NCBI GenBank assembly: GCA_013265495.1
Contig: MU058000.1
Location: 1,302,001-1,366,000 of the forward strand
DNA length: 64,000 nt
Origin: Vicugna vicugna
Lineage: Eukaryota
Reading direction: 5' to 3'
The translations under genes were made by a program, and so were the position numbers. The notes under the pieces are model-generated. The model made no database searches, had not been told where the DNA came from, and worked only from the letters and a program-made list of their open reading frames with translations. Every line of letters begins with the position of its first letter. The first letter of the stretch is position 1. This document shows, piece after piece, positions 12,170 through 24,598 of the stretch.

Positions 12170-12560
12170 AGCTCTCTCTCTGCTGAATTCCAAGAACTTA
12201 TTGTTTATGCCATTCTTTTTGGAATTAGTCATTTTTAATCACTCAGGACATTACCTGTGTGGCTTTGTATTATCACTTGACCTTTGACCTGTGGATGTCT
12301 TATTTCTACAATGCAATTGCAAGTTACTGGATGGCAGGGACCATAGCTGAGCTGTGTTTGTCTCTCTGTCAATGAACAAGTTGTAGGGTTCTAATCCCAG
12401 GTCTGCTATTCACTAATGTTGCAAAGCAGGACTAATTCCTTGACCAAGTTTTAATTTCTTTCACAAAATGGGGCTAATGATATTCATACTGTAGAATTTT
12501 AGGGAAGTTTAATGGTATATAAAATGCTTGGATATGCTATACAAAATGTAATTGCCAGCT
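12170..12560 (+). mobile_element. L2 3' fragment followed by a MIR fragment
   Basis: aattgcaagttactggatggcagggacc (L2 tail), then gggttctaatcccaggtctgcta..caaaatggggctaatgata (MIR). Confidence 0.55.
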
Positions 12561-13049
12561 ATTAGCTTTTCCTCTCAGGGGCTGATTCAGTACCTGATGT
12601 ATAGTAAGAATAATATTGCACTGTTATGGTACATGTCGGTAAAATGTATAGTATATAAAAGGTGGTAAAATTATAAGTACTCTACCTATATGATATGCAG
12701 TATATAAAGTAATACATAGCCTATTCACATATTAGAAACTTTAACAACTTGCTACAACTTTGTAAACCTTGTTTTGCAATTTTTGTATGTCTACATTATG
12801 TATGTGTTAGGTAGTATATGCCTATGTACGTATTTTTGAGACACACCTGGAGGCTCAGAAAATGGAATTAGCCTGAACATTTCTCATGTTGGGGAGATCT
12901 TGAGTAAATTCCCCAGACCTACAACCCAGCCTCGTGTTCCAAGATTTGGCTGTGTGTAAAGTGCTGTGAGGCTCATCTGTGATCTACGGGTCTGTGGTGT
13001 CGGGGAAGCACCAGGATGGGCCAAAGCTGGACTGGGTCAAGTTGCACAA

Positions 13050-13660
13050 ACGGACCATCGGGAGCTAAGCCTCTTTAATAGGGACGTTTACAAGGCGCTT
13101 GGTTGATGTGAACTAGCCGGGATTTTTCGTTTTTCAATCGCCATTGCTGTGAAATCTCTCCTGATTGATCCCAGAATCCAAATTCAAGGAGAACAATCGG
13201 CTGTCGGGAATTCCTTTTAGGCTCTCTGCGGATGCGCGCACCACTTTTCTCTTCAAGTGCTCTCCGTTCCGCGAGGGGAATGAAGCAGCAGAGAGGGCGA
13301 GTCGGTAGCTGGTTTGCATGCAGCGCAGACAGGCAGATCAATCAGGCTCGCGCAGCTGTCTTAATCAGAGGCCTGCGGTTCGCCGCGGTGCCCGAGTGCT
13401 ACCTCCTTGCCAATGGCATCTTCTGTTTAGAGACGCTATTGATTGCTCCGCTCCCCTTCTCTTCTGGGAGAGTTTCTGGCTGCAAGGCGGCGTTAGGAGA
13501 AGAGCAAGGGGAAAGGTGCTTTGTTAGCAGTGCGTGGGATTTGGAGCCAGGCTCTAATTTCCGAAGCGGCAGATACAGTGTCACTCAACGCAGACTTTTT
13601 AGAATGGTGATGAGTGGGGATATATGGGACGGGAGTGATGAGCCGAGGATGGCGGTAGAA
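13050..13660. promoter_or_regulatory. Orphan CpG island / candidate enhancer or lncRNA promoter
   Basis: About 36 CpG in ~610 bp by hand count, in an otherwise CpG-depleted window. Contains TGATTGAT motifs, a CAGCTG E-box and the TGCCAATGGCA palindrome. Confidence 0.7.
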
Positions 13661-14416
13661 GGATAGGGGAGAGTGATTCAGTGAGTGGGTAAGAAGTGGA
13701 TTCAGCGTAGACCTGAAGATGCTAGAGCTCTGTAGGAGGTCATGCTGAGTGCATCAAGTGCCTGGAAGAAATTGGAGAGAGTTGATGGCTAAAATAATTT
13801 CTCCAGAGACATGTAAAATCTGGAAATCAAGGAGGGGCTAAGAGTATAATGGATCTATTAGTAGACTCTGCTTATAAATTAATTATTTCTACGTGGACAT
13901 TGGTGAGCATGCAAGAATATGCTTAGGAACTGACATCTATCATGGGAGAAATTTAAATTATTTTGAGCATAGAATTGGGGGTGGGAAGTATGGAATTTAA
14001 TTGTTTTTGATTCAGAATTTGCTATCAGGATGAATAATTGAACACAATCAAGGACTTTTTTTTCCTTCAAGCTAGAGAAGTAAGGCTGGGGGTGAGACAC
14101 AGTGGGAAGGAGACTCAAACCAATTTGAGATTATAAACGAAAAGATAATATAATTTTGTCTATTGAATGATTATGAAAATTAGAAATAATCCTTTACTGC
14201 TTGACTGTTGTTAAGCAATTCAGAGACAGACATACAAAATGAGGCAAACTTAAACTCCAGAGGCTATAGAGTAGCACACTGTGAGAGAAATAAAAAAGGA
14301 TTTTCAAATTTCAGACAGACATAGATTCAAATTTTAGGTCAGCCACATGTCAGTTATTTTGGTTGAATTCCTTATTTTTCTGAAACTCACTTGTTTTTTA
14401 CAGGTGATATTGAGAA

Positions 14417-14891
14417 TGTGTTTACTAGGATGCTTCCTCCCCACCTTCCAAGTCTGTATCCATTTTCTGCCTTTTTCTGACATGTTCTGTGCTAGAGACA
14501 CTTACCTCTGTGTTGCTTCCCCTGGGCTTCCCTGCCAGGTGAGTTCAAGTTGGAATTGGTCAAGAGGAGATACCAGCAGGTTGAGAGACAAGTCCAGGTG
14601 TTTCTTTCTCATTCTTTTCCTACTTTGGCACCTAGTCTCCGGTAAAAGCTTTGTCCTGTCCTACCCAGAGCTCCTACCAGGTGAGCCCTCCTCACGGTTC
14701 CTATTCTCTCTGGGCTCCAATGATGTTGTCTCTTTGTGCCTATCAACCTGGGGAAGTCAGGTGAAAGCTTCCCACACTGGTATTAATTGCTGAGTGCCTC
14801 ACATGCATCGTTTTTTCCTTAATCCTGTCCAGCCTCATTCATTTGAACCATCTGAGGTGGATCCTGTTTTCTGGTAGAACCCTGTTGATGC
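14417..14891 (+). mobile_element. ERVL LTR33-family solo LTR
   Basis: tgttctgtgc..ccctgggcttccctgcc..agttggaattggtcaagaggagataccagcagg...atcctgttttctggtagaaccctgttgatgca. Confidence 0.6.
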
Positions 14892-14989
14892 ATAATGGTT
14901 GTTGAATTTCAAAGAAAATGTTAAAGTATCTGCCCAACAAATACAGAAAGGTGTGGGTACTCACTTCTTGAAAAGTCCTTAAAAGACAG

Positions 14990-15441
14990 TGTGACAGGCT
15001 GAGTAATGGTCCGCACAGATGTCTGGGTCCTAATTCCTGGAACCTGTGAATCTTAGTGTATATGACAGAAATTGCCAGATGTTGTCGAATTGAAGATCTT
15101 GAGATGAGATTATCTTGGATTATCTGAGTAGGACCTAAATGCAATCACAAGCAGCCTAGTGAGAGGGAGGGCAGGGGGAAGGGCAGAAGAATAAGGCAGT
15201 GTGACCACTGAGTCAGGGTGCTGCACTGCTGGTGTTGAAGGTGGAGGAAGGGACCAAGAGTCCACATCTGCCTAGAAAGGAGCTCCAGAAGCTGGAAAGG
15301 GATGATGAACTGTTGTGTGCCTCTGGAAGGAGCATGACTCTGACAACACCTTGAATTTGGCCCAGTGAGACTGATTTTGGATTTCTGTTATTTTAAAGCC
15401 ACCAAGTTTGTAGTAATTTGTTAACAGCAATCATAGGAAAC
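14990..15441 (+). mobile_element. MaLR LTR MLT1D
   Basis: tgtgacaggctgagtaatgg..cctaattcctggaacctgtgaa..gatcttgagatgagattatcttggattatc..aagccaccaagtttgtagtaatttgtt.acagcaa.cataggaaact. Confidence 0.85.
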
Positions 15442-16965
15442 TCTCAGGGCTTAGCTTGTAGGTTGTAGTCTCAGAAAGCAGTTCTCACGTACCACATCCC
15501 TTTTCAGGATGCACTTACGTGAACCAAGATATAAGACTGATGCATAAAATCACAGCGACAACTCATCAGTTTCCCACAGAGATCTAACTCTTCCACTGAC
15601 TGGAACTGGAAGACATGTCAAATTGACCAGTCTATTTTCTCGCTATAGACAGAAAAGCTTGGGCAATCAGTCCAAGTCAAGATGCCAGTATAGTGGTTTA
15701 TAATTAAAAAGTAAAATTCTGCCATGCAGATGGGGGTCTTCACCATTTCCACAAGCAGCTCGTTCTCCACCCTCCAGCGGACAAACCTGGGAAGAGAAAT
15801 CGTAACTGAAGGTTATTTGTGGAATTGACCCTGAACTGGGCAGTTAGGCTAATTACTTGCTGAATGGCAACAGCCTTTGAGACTGAAGCGCTTGAATTCC
15901 TTTGTCTAGAATCTCATCCTTTTTCCCTGTAGGGAAGGCCTTGCCAACAGGACCAGGACAGGTGTGCTTGTTTTGTAAGCATCCCACCCTCCTAGTCCAT
16001 ATCTGGATGGTTGCTGCCAAATTAGCCTCTGTGATTCTTTTTCCTCGAGTGGGTGACCGACTTCCGCCTATTTTGGGGGATATGTGGAACTTTCATTCTA
16101 GCCAGAACTGAGTCTTGTTGGCATAGAATCCGTATAGTTTCTTTAAAGTAGCATTACATATCACCATGTGTTGATATAATAATAAAATGGACAGTCTTAT
16201 TTTCCCTGAAGTTGTGGTGGAGGGATGTGCTTCATTGTTTTTCCATAAGCTGGTAACAAATCTTCTGAGGATCACACAGGTAATGTATAAAAGGGCTCAG
16301 CTCTGTTCTATAGAGAGGACAATCAATGCATGTCATTTCTCATGCTGTGTTCCCCGAATGCTGGAGTGGAGTATGGTGTAAGGATATGTCGGAAGGTTAA
16401 AATTCAGAATGAGAACATCAGAACCTGTCATCCTCTGACAGTCTTAAACATCTCAGGGAAGCAGAAAACCCAGCATTTAGAGCCCTGTTTCTTTGTTCTT
16501 TTGATGGAACATATATTGTTCATGAAAGAAACCTATTTTTTTCTATTTCACTCTGATCTAACTATAGAGATACTTTCAGGCAAGGGCAAGATTTCATTAT
16601 TCCAGAGACTTATGAAATTCTCAGTTAGGCAGACACATTTTTAAAAGACAATGTCTTCATTTTGCATGTTGATAGAAAAATAAAATTAAATGATAAATGT
16701 ATTTCATGTGAAGATTTGTAAGTCAAATTTTTATATAATAGCTGCATTTCCCCCATTTATAATATAATTTCTGAAATATACTACCATCAAAATTGAAGCC
16801 TGGAGAATAGAAATTCATACTCAACATAGCAAACTTATAATTATATAATTGACCAAACACTAATAATTTAATAATAAAATATTCTCACAAACTGTCATAT
16901 ACTATGCTTAGGATGCAATGTAGCAGAAAGAAATGATCTCAGATTTCAGAGCCAGATATGTATGG

Positions 16966-17052
16966 TTTTTTTTTTTTAATTCAAGTACCATCAGTTATAA
17001 TGTGTCAGTTTCTGGTGTACAGCACAATGTCCCAGTCATGCATATACATACA
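16966..17052 (-). mobile_element. Very short, 5'-truncated camelid-type L1 3' end with TSD
   Basis: Poly-T, then gtcagtttctggtgtacagcacaatgtcccagtcatgcatatacataca, identical to the element at ~42650. Degenerate TSD agatatgtatgg / agacacatatgg. Confidence 0.75.
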
Positions 17053-18569
17053 AGACACATATGGCTTTAAATGCTAGTTTTTCATAAAGTCATCTCTAAA
17101 GGTTGATAAATAAATCATGTAGGTAGATAACCTGGTTTGTAATTATTTGTTAACAGTAAAGAGAATAACAACTGAATTTTCTTAGTAATGATGCAGATAA
17201 ACTCAGTAATGTATGGGAGTAGAAAACTGACAGTGATTTATGGGAAGAGAAAAAAAACCCTTGTATAAAGGAAAAATACATATCTATTTTTTCCATTTTA
17301 AAAAATTTATCAGCTTTAAATAGTCTTTTTCCCTATACCTTTCTTTTTCTCTTATCTGTTCTCTATAGATGTGTTTAGTAGAGGTAGTAAATTCAACTAT
17401 AATAGAGATAATGTATTGTACCTGATACTTACAATAAAGGAGCACTTTTAAAAATAAATTTAAGAATTAGAGAGGGAAGAGAATGCATTTTAGCATCATG
17501 GAAAACTGCAGGCACTGTTCCAAGGGCTCATATCAAATTACTGGTTGGAAGCTAAGTCACTAGTTGATTGTTGCTTGGCTACAGGAAATAATGACAATGA
17601 TTCTGGGAAAAACAGGAATGTTTTGTTACCCAATCCCCTGGAATGTCCGGAAAATAGTTAGTTAATGGAATTCTTCCCTCACCTGAGTATCTTTGTCTTC
17701 TAAATGCAACAACTAACATTTTCTTATCTTCTTCCTATAGTATTTGATGCAATTGCCTCAAAACAGAGTAAAAGACAGTTGTACAGATATTATTATTATA
17801 CCCTCTTCCCTTTCTAATTTACTATATTTCATTTCATTTTACAGCTGAGGAAACAGAAACTCAAGTGGTTAGATAATTTTCCAAGTTAATTTAACTGGAC
17901 TCTGGTTAAGAGTTTTCTTTCACTAGAAAAGTATCTGGTTCAATTTTTTTTGTAGATCAAATGAGGGATCAAGGAAGCAGGCAATGGAGGAGAGAATTAG
18001 GCTGAAACCTCTAGAACACAGACCCATGGTGTATTTCACATGATGAATGATTAAATTAGTGCCTAGAAATACTTTCCTTATGTCAAAAAAATGTCACCGC
18101 TGCACAAAGAGTAGAGAGAACACAGGCTGCTAGGCAGTGTCACGATGTGAACCTGGGGATAGCTGGGTCTTGAAAGCCAGGTACTTTTCCTTCTCACTTA
18201 ACAGCACTGAAGTGTGTATTAACAGTATTAAAGCATTAAAGACCCCCTGTGGAGTCTGAGAATTTATTAAAAATTGTGGCTGTTACTCTTACTGAGGGCA
18301 ATCGTAACTGAGGAAGTTTGAAAAAATACATAACATAGAAACATAATTCAAAATTGGATTGAGATTAACAGGGTAGCATCTTGCATAGAAAATGTGCAGA
18401 AAAATATAATGTTTGTCTTATACATTTATCTAAATTCACAATTCAGGTTTCTACACAAATGTATTTTTATAATCTCCATCCCATCCCCCAACAGTTCAGT
18501 TCTCCTCTTACTGTCCCTTTTTCTCCATCTCTAGAAATCTTCTAACTGTGAAACCTGAATGGCATACAA

Positions 18570-18830
18570 TAGGATTAAAAACCCTACAGAGGTCGGGAGC
18601 CTAGCTCTGGAATTGAATAGATTCGATTCTGAATTCCAGTCTATTTCTGAGCTGTGTGACCTTGGACATGTTACTGAGCCCCAGTTTCCTCCTCTATAAA
18701 ACTGACCTAATGTTAGAATCCACCTTAAGGGGTTGCCATAATGAATATTCATTACTGAGTGTAAAAATCTAAGCATCACGCCTGGCATACAGCAAGCACT
18801 CAATGAATGGTAGGTCCACTGTTACTGTTT
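18570..18830 (+). mobile_element. MIR SINE
   Basis: gagctgtgtgaccttggacatgtt.actgagccccagtttcctcctctataaaa...cacgcctggcatacagcaagcactcaatgaatggtag. Confidence 0.85.
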
Positions 18831-19864
18831 CTGCTAATGAAATTTCTTTGCTAACCACGTGTCTTTTACGCTTAAATGCTTTCACCTTCTTATCTCTACT
18901 TTATCTACTCACTCATTCATTTATTTATTTATGAATTCCACCAACATTTTTCGTATTTACTCTTTCAGAAGGTCCTGTGTGACCAATTACAGGTGAATCA
19001 TCAGAAAGAGAGTAAGAAAGTCTCAGGTAAAAAGGACTAATGGTTTTCTTATGCTCCCTTCCTGCTTTTCTTTAATGAGTAATCACTGTTTAATCAAAAA
19101 TTCACCTGCCATGAATTCCATTACATGCCCCTTAAAGTATGATGCAAACAGAGAGATTGCAATGTAACCTGTTAACACAGGACTTTGGGCGTTATTAGGA
19201 ATTTTTCCAATTCTTCATAATTCTCAATGTCTACATGAGTGGAGAACTGCTTCACTTTAGTTTTGCCCTAAATCACTTGTATGAGAGAGCCTGAGTTTGT
19301 TTTTAAAGAGCCAGCATTAAAGTTGGACCTCGGAAGCTTGCCCCAACCTGAGACATAAACTGAAAACAAGGCGTAAACGGAAAAAGGAACCTGTTCTCCA
19401 CGGAGTATCCTCCTGAGCCCCTCTAAATTCTGAGATCCATAAAAGATGACTGAAAATTTGGAGTCAGATCTCTTTACTCCATGCCCAAAGGGACATAGTG
19501 AATTTGGAAAATATCTCTTTTATCAACTTGATCATTTTTAGGCCAGACTTTTGAGTGGACCCTTTACCCTGAGCAAGATGGAAACGATCAGGTAACCAAC
19601 ACTCTTACACAATAGAGCACTAAGCCGGTGTGACCTTTCATTTCTTTTAATTGCCCTTCTCTCATTAATCCTGATCCATCTATTACTGATGGTACCAGTA
19701 TGCTGTGCTTCTAATGACTTCGCCGAGCAGGATCAGAAGTTTATTTAATATTTGGAACACTCCTTAGAGGATGTATTCTTTTTAAAAGTGTATTAATTAA
19801 AAGTAGCATTTCTCAGGCTTTCCCAACCATTTCTTAGACTCAAATCCTAAGCATCTTTTAAAGG

Positions 19865-20065
19865 TTAGCTTAACTTTCACGTCCTCCACAAGCTTTCTTG
19901 GACTGTGTCAGTCGAATGATTATAAGTTTGCTCTTATTATTCACTTGACTCAATTGGAATTTGGTATTCCACTCTAATCTACAGGAAATTATTTGTATAG
20001 ACTGTCTACTGTCCTTCACTGAGTTGTAAGCTCTTTGAAATCAGAGATAAGACTTATTCTCATAG
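19865..20065 (+). mobile_element. L2 3' fragment
   Basis: cacgtcctccacaagctttcttgga...ctgagttgtaagctctttgaaatcagaga. Confidence 0.55.
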
Positions 20066-20531
20066 TCATAAGCATTATTCTCTTTGTCAACAGTAAGTTT
20101 TAATTGTAATTATATTGATAATATTAATGCTATTTTATATTTGCATCATTTGTAGGATTTTACAAAATATTTCCATGTATATTATCTCTTTAGATCCTCC
20201 CAACTTTCAACTGCCCTGTGAGTGTAATATTTAATTTTAAAATGAAATGTAATCAAATGAAAATTTAACATACTTAGTAAAAGTCATGACGTGCCATAGA
20301 ATCTACAGATTATTAAGTTGGGAGATTTCATTGTTGTTATTATCTCAACTCTGACTTTCCTTTATTGTGGTTAGTACATAAACATAGAAATAGACTTAAA
20401 CATTTCTATTCTGTAGAAAACCTAAGAAGGATCAAGGCTATGGGATGAAAGGGAACAAGTTATACATGAATCTAATCTTTGAGTATGTGTATGTTATTCC
20501 CTTTAATAAGAAGAAACAGAGTGGGAAAAGG

Positions 20532-20686
20532 CAGGGCCACTGCTAGCACACATATCACTTTTATGTGAATTAGAAAAATGTCATCCCTCTGGGTAGATGC
20601 AACACTAGGTTGATCATGGAGTCATTTGCCTCCTTTGCCCGGTGCCCTTGGACATGACCAGCCTGTCTGTGCACAGTCATCCAGGG
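20532..20686 (-). mobile_element. MER91A-like hAT-Tip100 element
   Basis: cagggccactgctagc..cttttatgtgaattagaaaaatgtc.ccctctgggtagatgca matches the reverse complement of the MER91 3' end. Confidence 0.6.
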
Positions 20687-21112
20687 TAAATGATGAGAGA
20701 AGGGTGGCTGTGGAAGGGTCCAAAGCAGACAATGATGCAGAATAAGTGATACTGGAGAAGTTTGTTGGGAGGCTCAAAGAAGGAAGGCATGCAGGCTAAC
20801 AGGAAAATTTAGAAGTACTTTTTTGGCGTAGAGTAGGAATCATCCTGTCAAGTACTCTCTAACTACAATAAGCAGAGAACAGAATCTAGGGAAGATGATT
20901 CTATTTTGACCTCAAGCCAAGAGACTTGAGATCCTAAAATATTCCAAATCTTTCAGTATATGAGTTATTTTCATCACGTGTCTGTCCCATTCTTAAAGAT
21001 GACTTTGAAAATTTAAGAAAGAAAAGGCATCCTTATTTAAGGAAAAAAAATTAACACATGTGCATAAGCATTTCACAATTAGTTTCAATGTTGGACCTAT
21101 TCTTGGGTTTGG

Positions 21113-21235
21113 TGGAGTGTTCCCAAACCTCGCTAGTCATTATGCTTATTGGAGTTTCTTTACAACATGCAGATCACTTGCCTTGACTCCAGCAGATTCT
21201 GATTAGTAAGCTTGGGAATAAGCCTAGTATATTCA
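21113..21235. mobile_element. MER5-type hAT fragment
   Basis: agtgttcccaaacctcgct..cattatgcttattggag..atgcagat..cagattctgattagtaagcttggg. Confidence 0.5.
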
Positions 21236-21478
21236 AGTCATTTTCTTACATACAAGATGAGATCATAGGAAGAAAAAAGTCAACAGATGTGACAAGAAAA
21301 GTAGTTAAAGGCTGCTTTTACCCTGTCGCACATAAATCAGTGGAGAACTTGTACAAATAAATCAGTTGGCTATTTGAAAAATGCATTTCTGGAGTGACTT
21401 TATCATAAAAATATTACTTTCATTTTGTCTATAAGAGTCATAAAAATAGATAATGGAAAGCTACGGGTGGAGGAAGGG

Positions 21479-21543
21479 TTTGCAGAATGTGGAATGAGGA
21501 GGACAGCTTTGCAGAATGTGGAATGAGGAGGACAGCTTTGCAG
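21479..21543. repeat. Perfect 29-bp tandem duplication (2 copies plus partial)
   Basis: tttgcagaatgtggaatgaggaggacagc at 21479-21507 and 21508-21536, then tttgcag. Confidence 0.95.
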
Positions 21544-22454
21544 GATGTAGCGCAGAGGGCAGGTTTCCCTTTCCACTACTGGTGACACTTTGCAAGTACC
21601 TGGGAATCTGATCAACCTGGAGGCACAGAGACTTGTAGAAGATGATACTGTGCTTTCACTTTGTCAGGTTTTAGACAGTGTGAATAGTTGAATAAAAATA
21701 CTCAGTTCATTTTGGATGTGAAACTAATTAAGGAGTCATGATGGGTGATCAGCAATAATGAAATTATAAGCTTTCTCTGATGAAACAACAAAAATATCTC
21801 TTAAAAGAAAGTTAACAGATTTGCAATGAGATGTTTTGAAATATTTAAAAAATCTCCTCCATGGATTTTCATTAGGAAAACAAAATAGATCATTTGCAAG
21901 AATTGTTTCTTTGCTGCCTTACCCAGAGAAAAGCTTTGGGTACAGAGTACTAGGCTGAATGTTAGAATGGTCCTTTGAGGCCAAAATCTCCATCACCAAG
22001 TGTTATTTTCTTTCTTCTTTTTTCAGTTTAGTGACAATCCCAAAGATTGATTCTACCTATAGTTTTCAATATTAATTAATATTATAAATGCAACAAATTT
22101 ATACACGTTGGTGAAAATGCTAGGATACTGGTAAAAGGAATTTTCCATTAGGAGAAAGTCTCTTTTTCTAGAACTTGTTCCTCTTAAATATAACTTGCTG
22201 AGAAAAAGTTGTAAAGATGTTTCATAGTAGTGCTAGGATAAGAAAATTCACTGGGCACACTTACATGTAAACAGCTGGAGTAAGTAGCAAAGCATTATGG
22301 AGAATATTAATTTGAAGAGGTAGGATACCAGAATTCTCGTACTGTGGTTCTGAGGCATGTTATTTCTCTTCTTAGAGCTTCAGTTTTTATAAAACTGTAC
22401 ATGATAAAAGGTATGTGTGTGAACATCAGGGATGTCATATCTTGGAAGATGACA

Positions 22455-22845
22455 CATTTATTTGAAAGGCATTAGTTGAGTGCCTACTTTATTAAAGTAT
22501 GATGGTGGACCCTGGAGATCCAGATGCGATGATGACTCAGCCCTCAAAAAGCATCTGAAGCCTCGTGAGGCAGCAGGATGGTAATTAAGTTATAGGACAG
22601 TATGATATAAGTGGAGAATACATAAGCAAGTGAAGGGTATAGGGTTCCGTGAGAAGGAGAAAGTGAGGACTACACGATTTCTAAGTTTCCTTCAAATACT
22701 TTATAAGTGGGTCCTTATTTAGAATTTGATGATGGGTAGGAAAAGGGTCCAAACCATGGCAAGAAACTGGAGCCAAACTGGTGGGAATGGTTGAGTCTTT
22801 GGAGAATACAGACATCCAGTTTTTGCTGTAGTGTTGTGTCTAACC
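22455..22845 (-). mobile_element. L2 LINE fragment
   Basis: cattagttgagtgcctact...cagccctcaaaaagc..tctaag.; purine-rich L2 antisense pattern. Confidence 0.6.
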
Positions 22846-23121
22846 TCTCTGCTTTGCTAGTCTTCTAGTAGAGTCTGCTCTGTGCACATTGGCCTCCTGC
22901 AGTGGTGGTTTTGTAGGAGTCAAGGGAAAGCAGGCAAGTTCCAAGTCTGAGGTGATATGAAACAGATAAAGTAACATTCATAAGACAATATGGACCTTCA
23001 GATTTAAACTTAAACAGGATAATGAACCCAGAGATGACTAGAGGAATCATTAAGCAGGTGGGAATTTACAGAAACCTCATGTTGGGCTGCCACTGGTTTC
23101 TACAGAAGAAATAAGAAAAAT

Positions 23122-23585
23122 TATGCTGGAAGGTTTTCCATTTTTTTTCTCCCTAGAATCACTTTCACCATACTTTGTGCCACAAGAACCTAATCTTTAT
23201 GGACTTTATCCAAGGACTCTCTTGCCCTCTTACTTCTGATTTGGTTTGGACAATAGGAAGCACTAGCAGACAAGTGGGAGGAGAGAGAAAGATGAAGTGG
23301 GGGATTCAGTTCCTTTTTTCCTTTCTGCAGAGTTGCCGTGGGTTGGTTGTCTCCTTCCACCAAAGAGCACAGGTCCTGACAGCAAGTCTTGTTCCCCTGT
23401 CCCAGGGTCCCTTCATTCCTAAGGATGGTAACAGCTCCCCTGCAGTTACTAGCCCCCCGGGTACTGCACGGCTCCTTGTGACTTCCTTACAGATGGCCTC
23501 ACTTGTAAAATAGTTTATTAAGGTATCCTCAAAACCTACTTGGAGTGTGCCAATTGTTTACTTTCGGAAGACTGTCTAGTATAGA
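23122..23585 (+). mobile_element. ERVL LTR33 solo LTR
   Basis: ctttgtgccacaagaacctaatctttatggact..ctctcttgccctcttacttctgatttggtttggacaataggaagcactagcag..cctaaggatggtaacagctccc. Confidence 0.8.
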
Positions 23586-23931
23586 TGTGTAAGTCATTCA
23601 GTTATATGTATTTTCAGTGAATCCTACCTAAATACTGATGGGCAGTTTGGAAAAACAAAAATAAAAGAAAGCTATTAAAGATAAACAACTCAAAAAATAA
23701 AAAGTAATTGGTGTTCAGGATTAAGGTAAACTGAATAACACTATCATAGGCACTACAGTGAGTTCAGCAAAGTTTTTGGCAAGTAAAATCATAGATATTT
23801 GTGTCACAGGGAATTAGTTAAATAACCTTATTTTGTAGATGAGAAATTTAGACCTTCCAAGAAGAAACTGATTTGCTCAGTTACCCTGTTTTGTAGTGGT
23901 AGAATATGAGTGTGCCTGAATGTGTTTGAGA

Positions 23932-23952
23932 GTGTGTGTGTGTGTGTGTGTG
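23932..23952. repeat. (GT)10 microsatellite
   Basis: Direct reading. Confidence 0.9.
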
Positions 23953-24469
23953 CAAAGTCTCTTATTTTCTAATTTATCTCTTACCAATAGCTGAGAATCT
24001 TACAGAAGTGGCTCCATGAGTTTATCCCAATTGTTCTGGATTGTTTTTCCATCAAGCTGGTATGCATCTCTACCTTTTTAATGTCTCCTAAAGTTTTCTC
24101 AGTGGTTTGATGACTATTTTTCAAGGAAGATATCTTTTCCTTTTTGAGGGGAGGAAAGGGGAGGCCATCTTGTGAGGATCATAGCAGAAAGAATGAGCAG
24201 ACAAAACCAAAGCCGCCTGGAGATGTGCAACATAGCTTATTGGCTTGTTCCTGCAAATCAACTCTGTTTATGCTCTGCATGGGTTTCAATTTCGTGCCTC
24301 GGATATATTCCATATGACATTCACAACTGAGGTTTGATGAAAAAAGTAAAAACTGAGAATACTTAGTCCATCGATGCTAAATCTGTAAGTACTGGCTGTA
24401 TGTTCCTCAATGTCTAGTTCAAGGACTTCCTGCATCACAATCACTTGATTTTTTTTTATAAGTAATGTC

Positions 24470-24598
24470 ATAGATTCTTCAGCCCCACCTATGACTTAAT
24501 TAATCAAAACTTCTAGGAGTGGGGTCCGGGATCCTCAATTTTTAATGAATTTTCTAAAACAACTTTATGTACACCCAAGTTTGAAACTGTGACACTGG
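24470..24598. mobile_element. MER5B-like hAT fragment
   Basis: agattcttcagccccacc..taatcaaaacttctaggagtgggg..tttatgtacacccaagtttgaaac. Confidence 0.55.

Noticed and set aside
13232..13666. 144-aa ATG ORF in the CpG island
   Set aside because: Long ORFs on both strands are expected in GC-rich DNA. It has no homology I recognise and its 3' end runs into repeat-like sequence. PhyloCSF/Ribo-seq would be needed to rescue it.
14347..14793. 148-aa hydrophobic ORF
   Set aside because: Mostly inside an LTR33-like element; the hydrophobicity reflects T-rich DNA.
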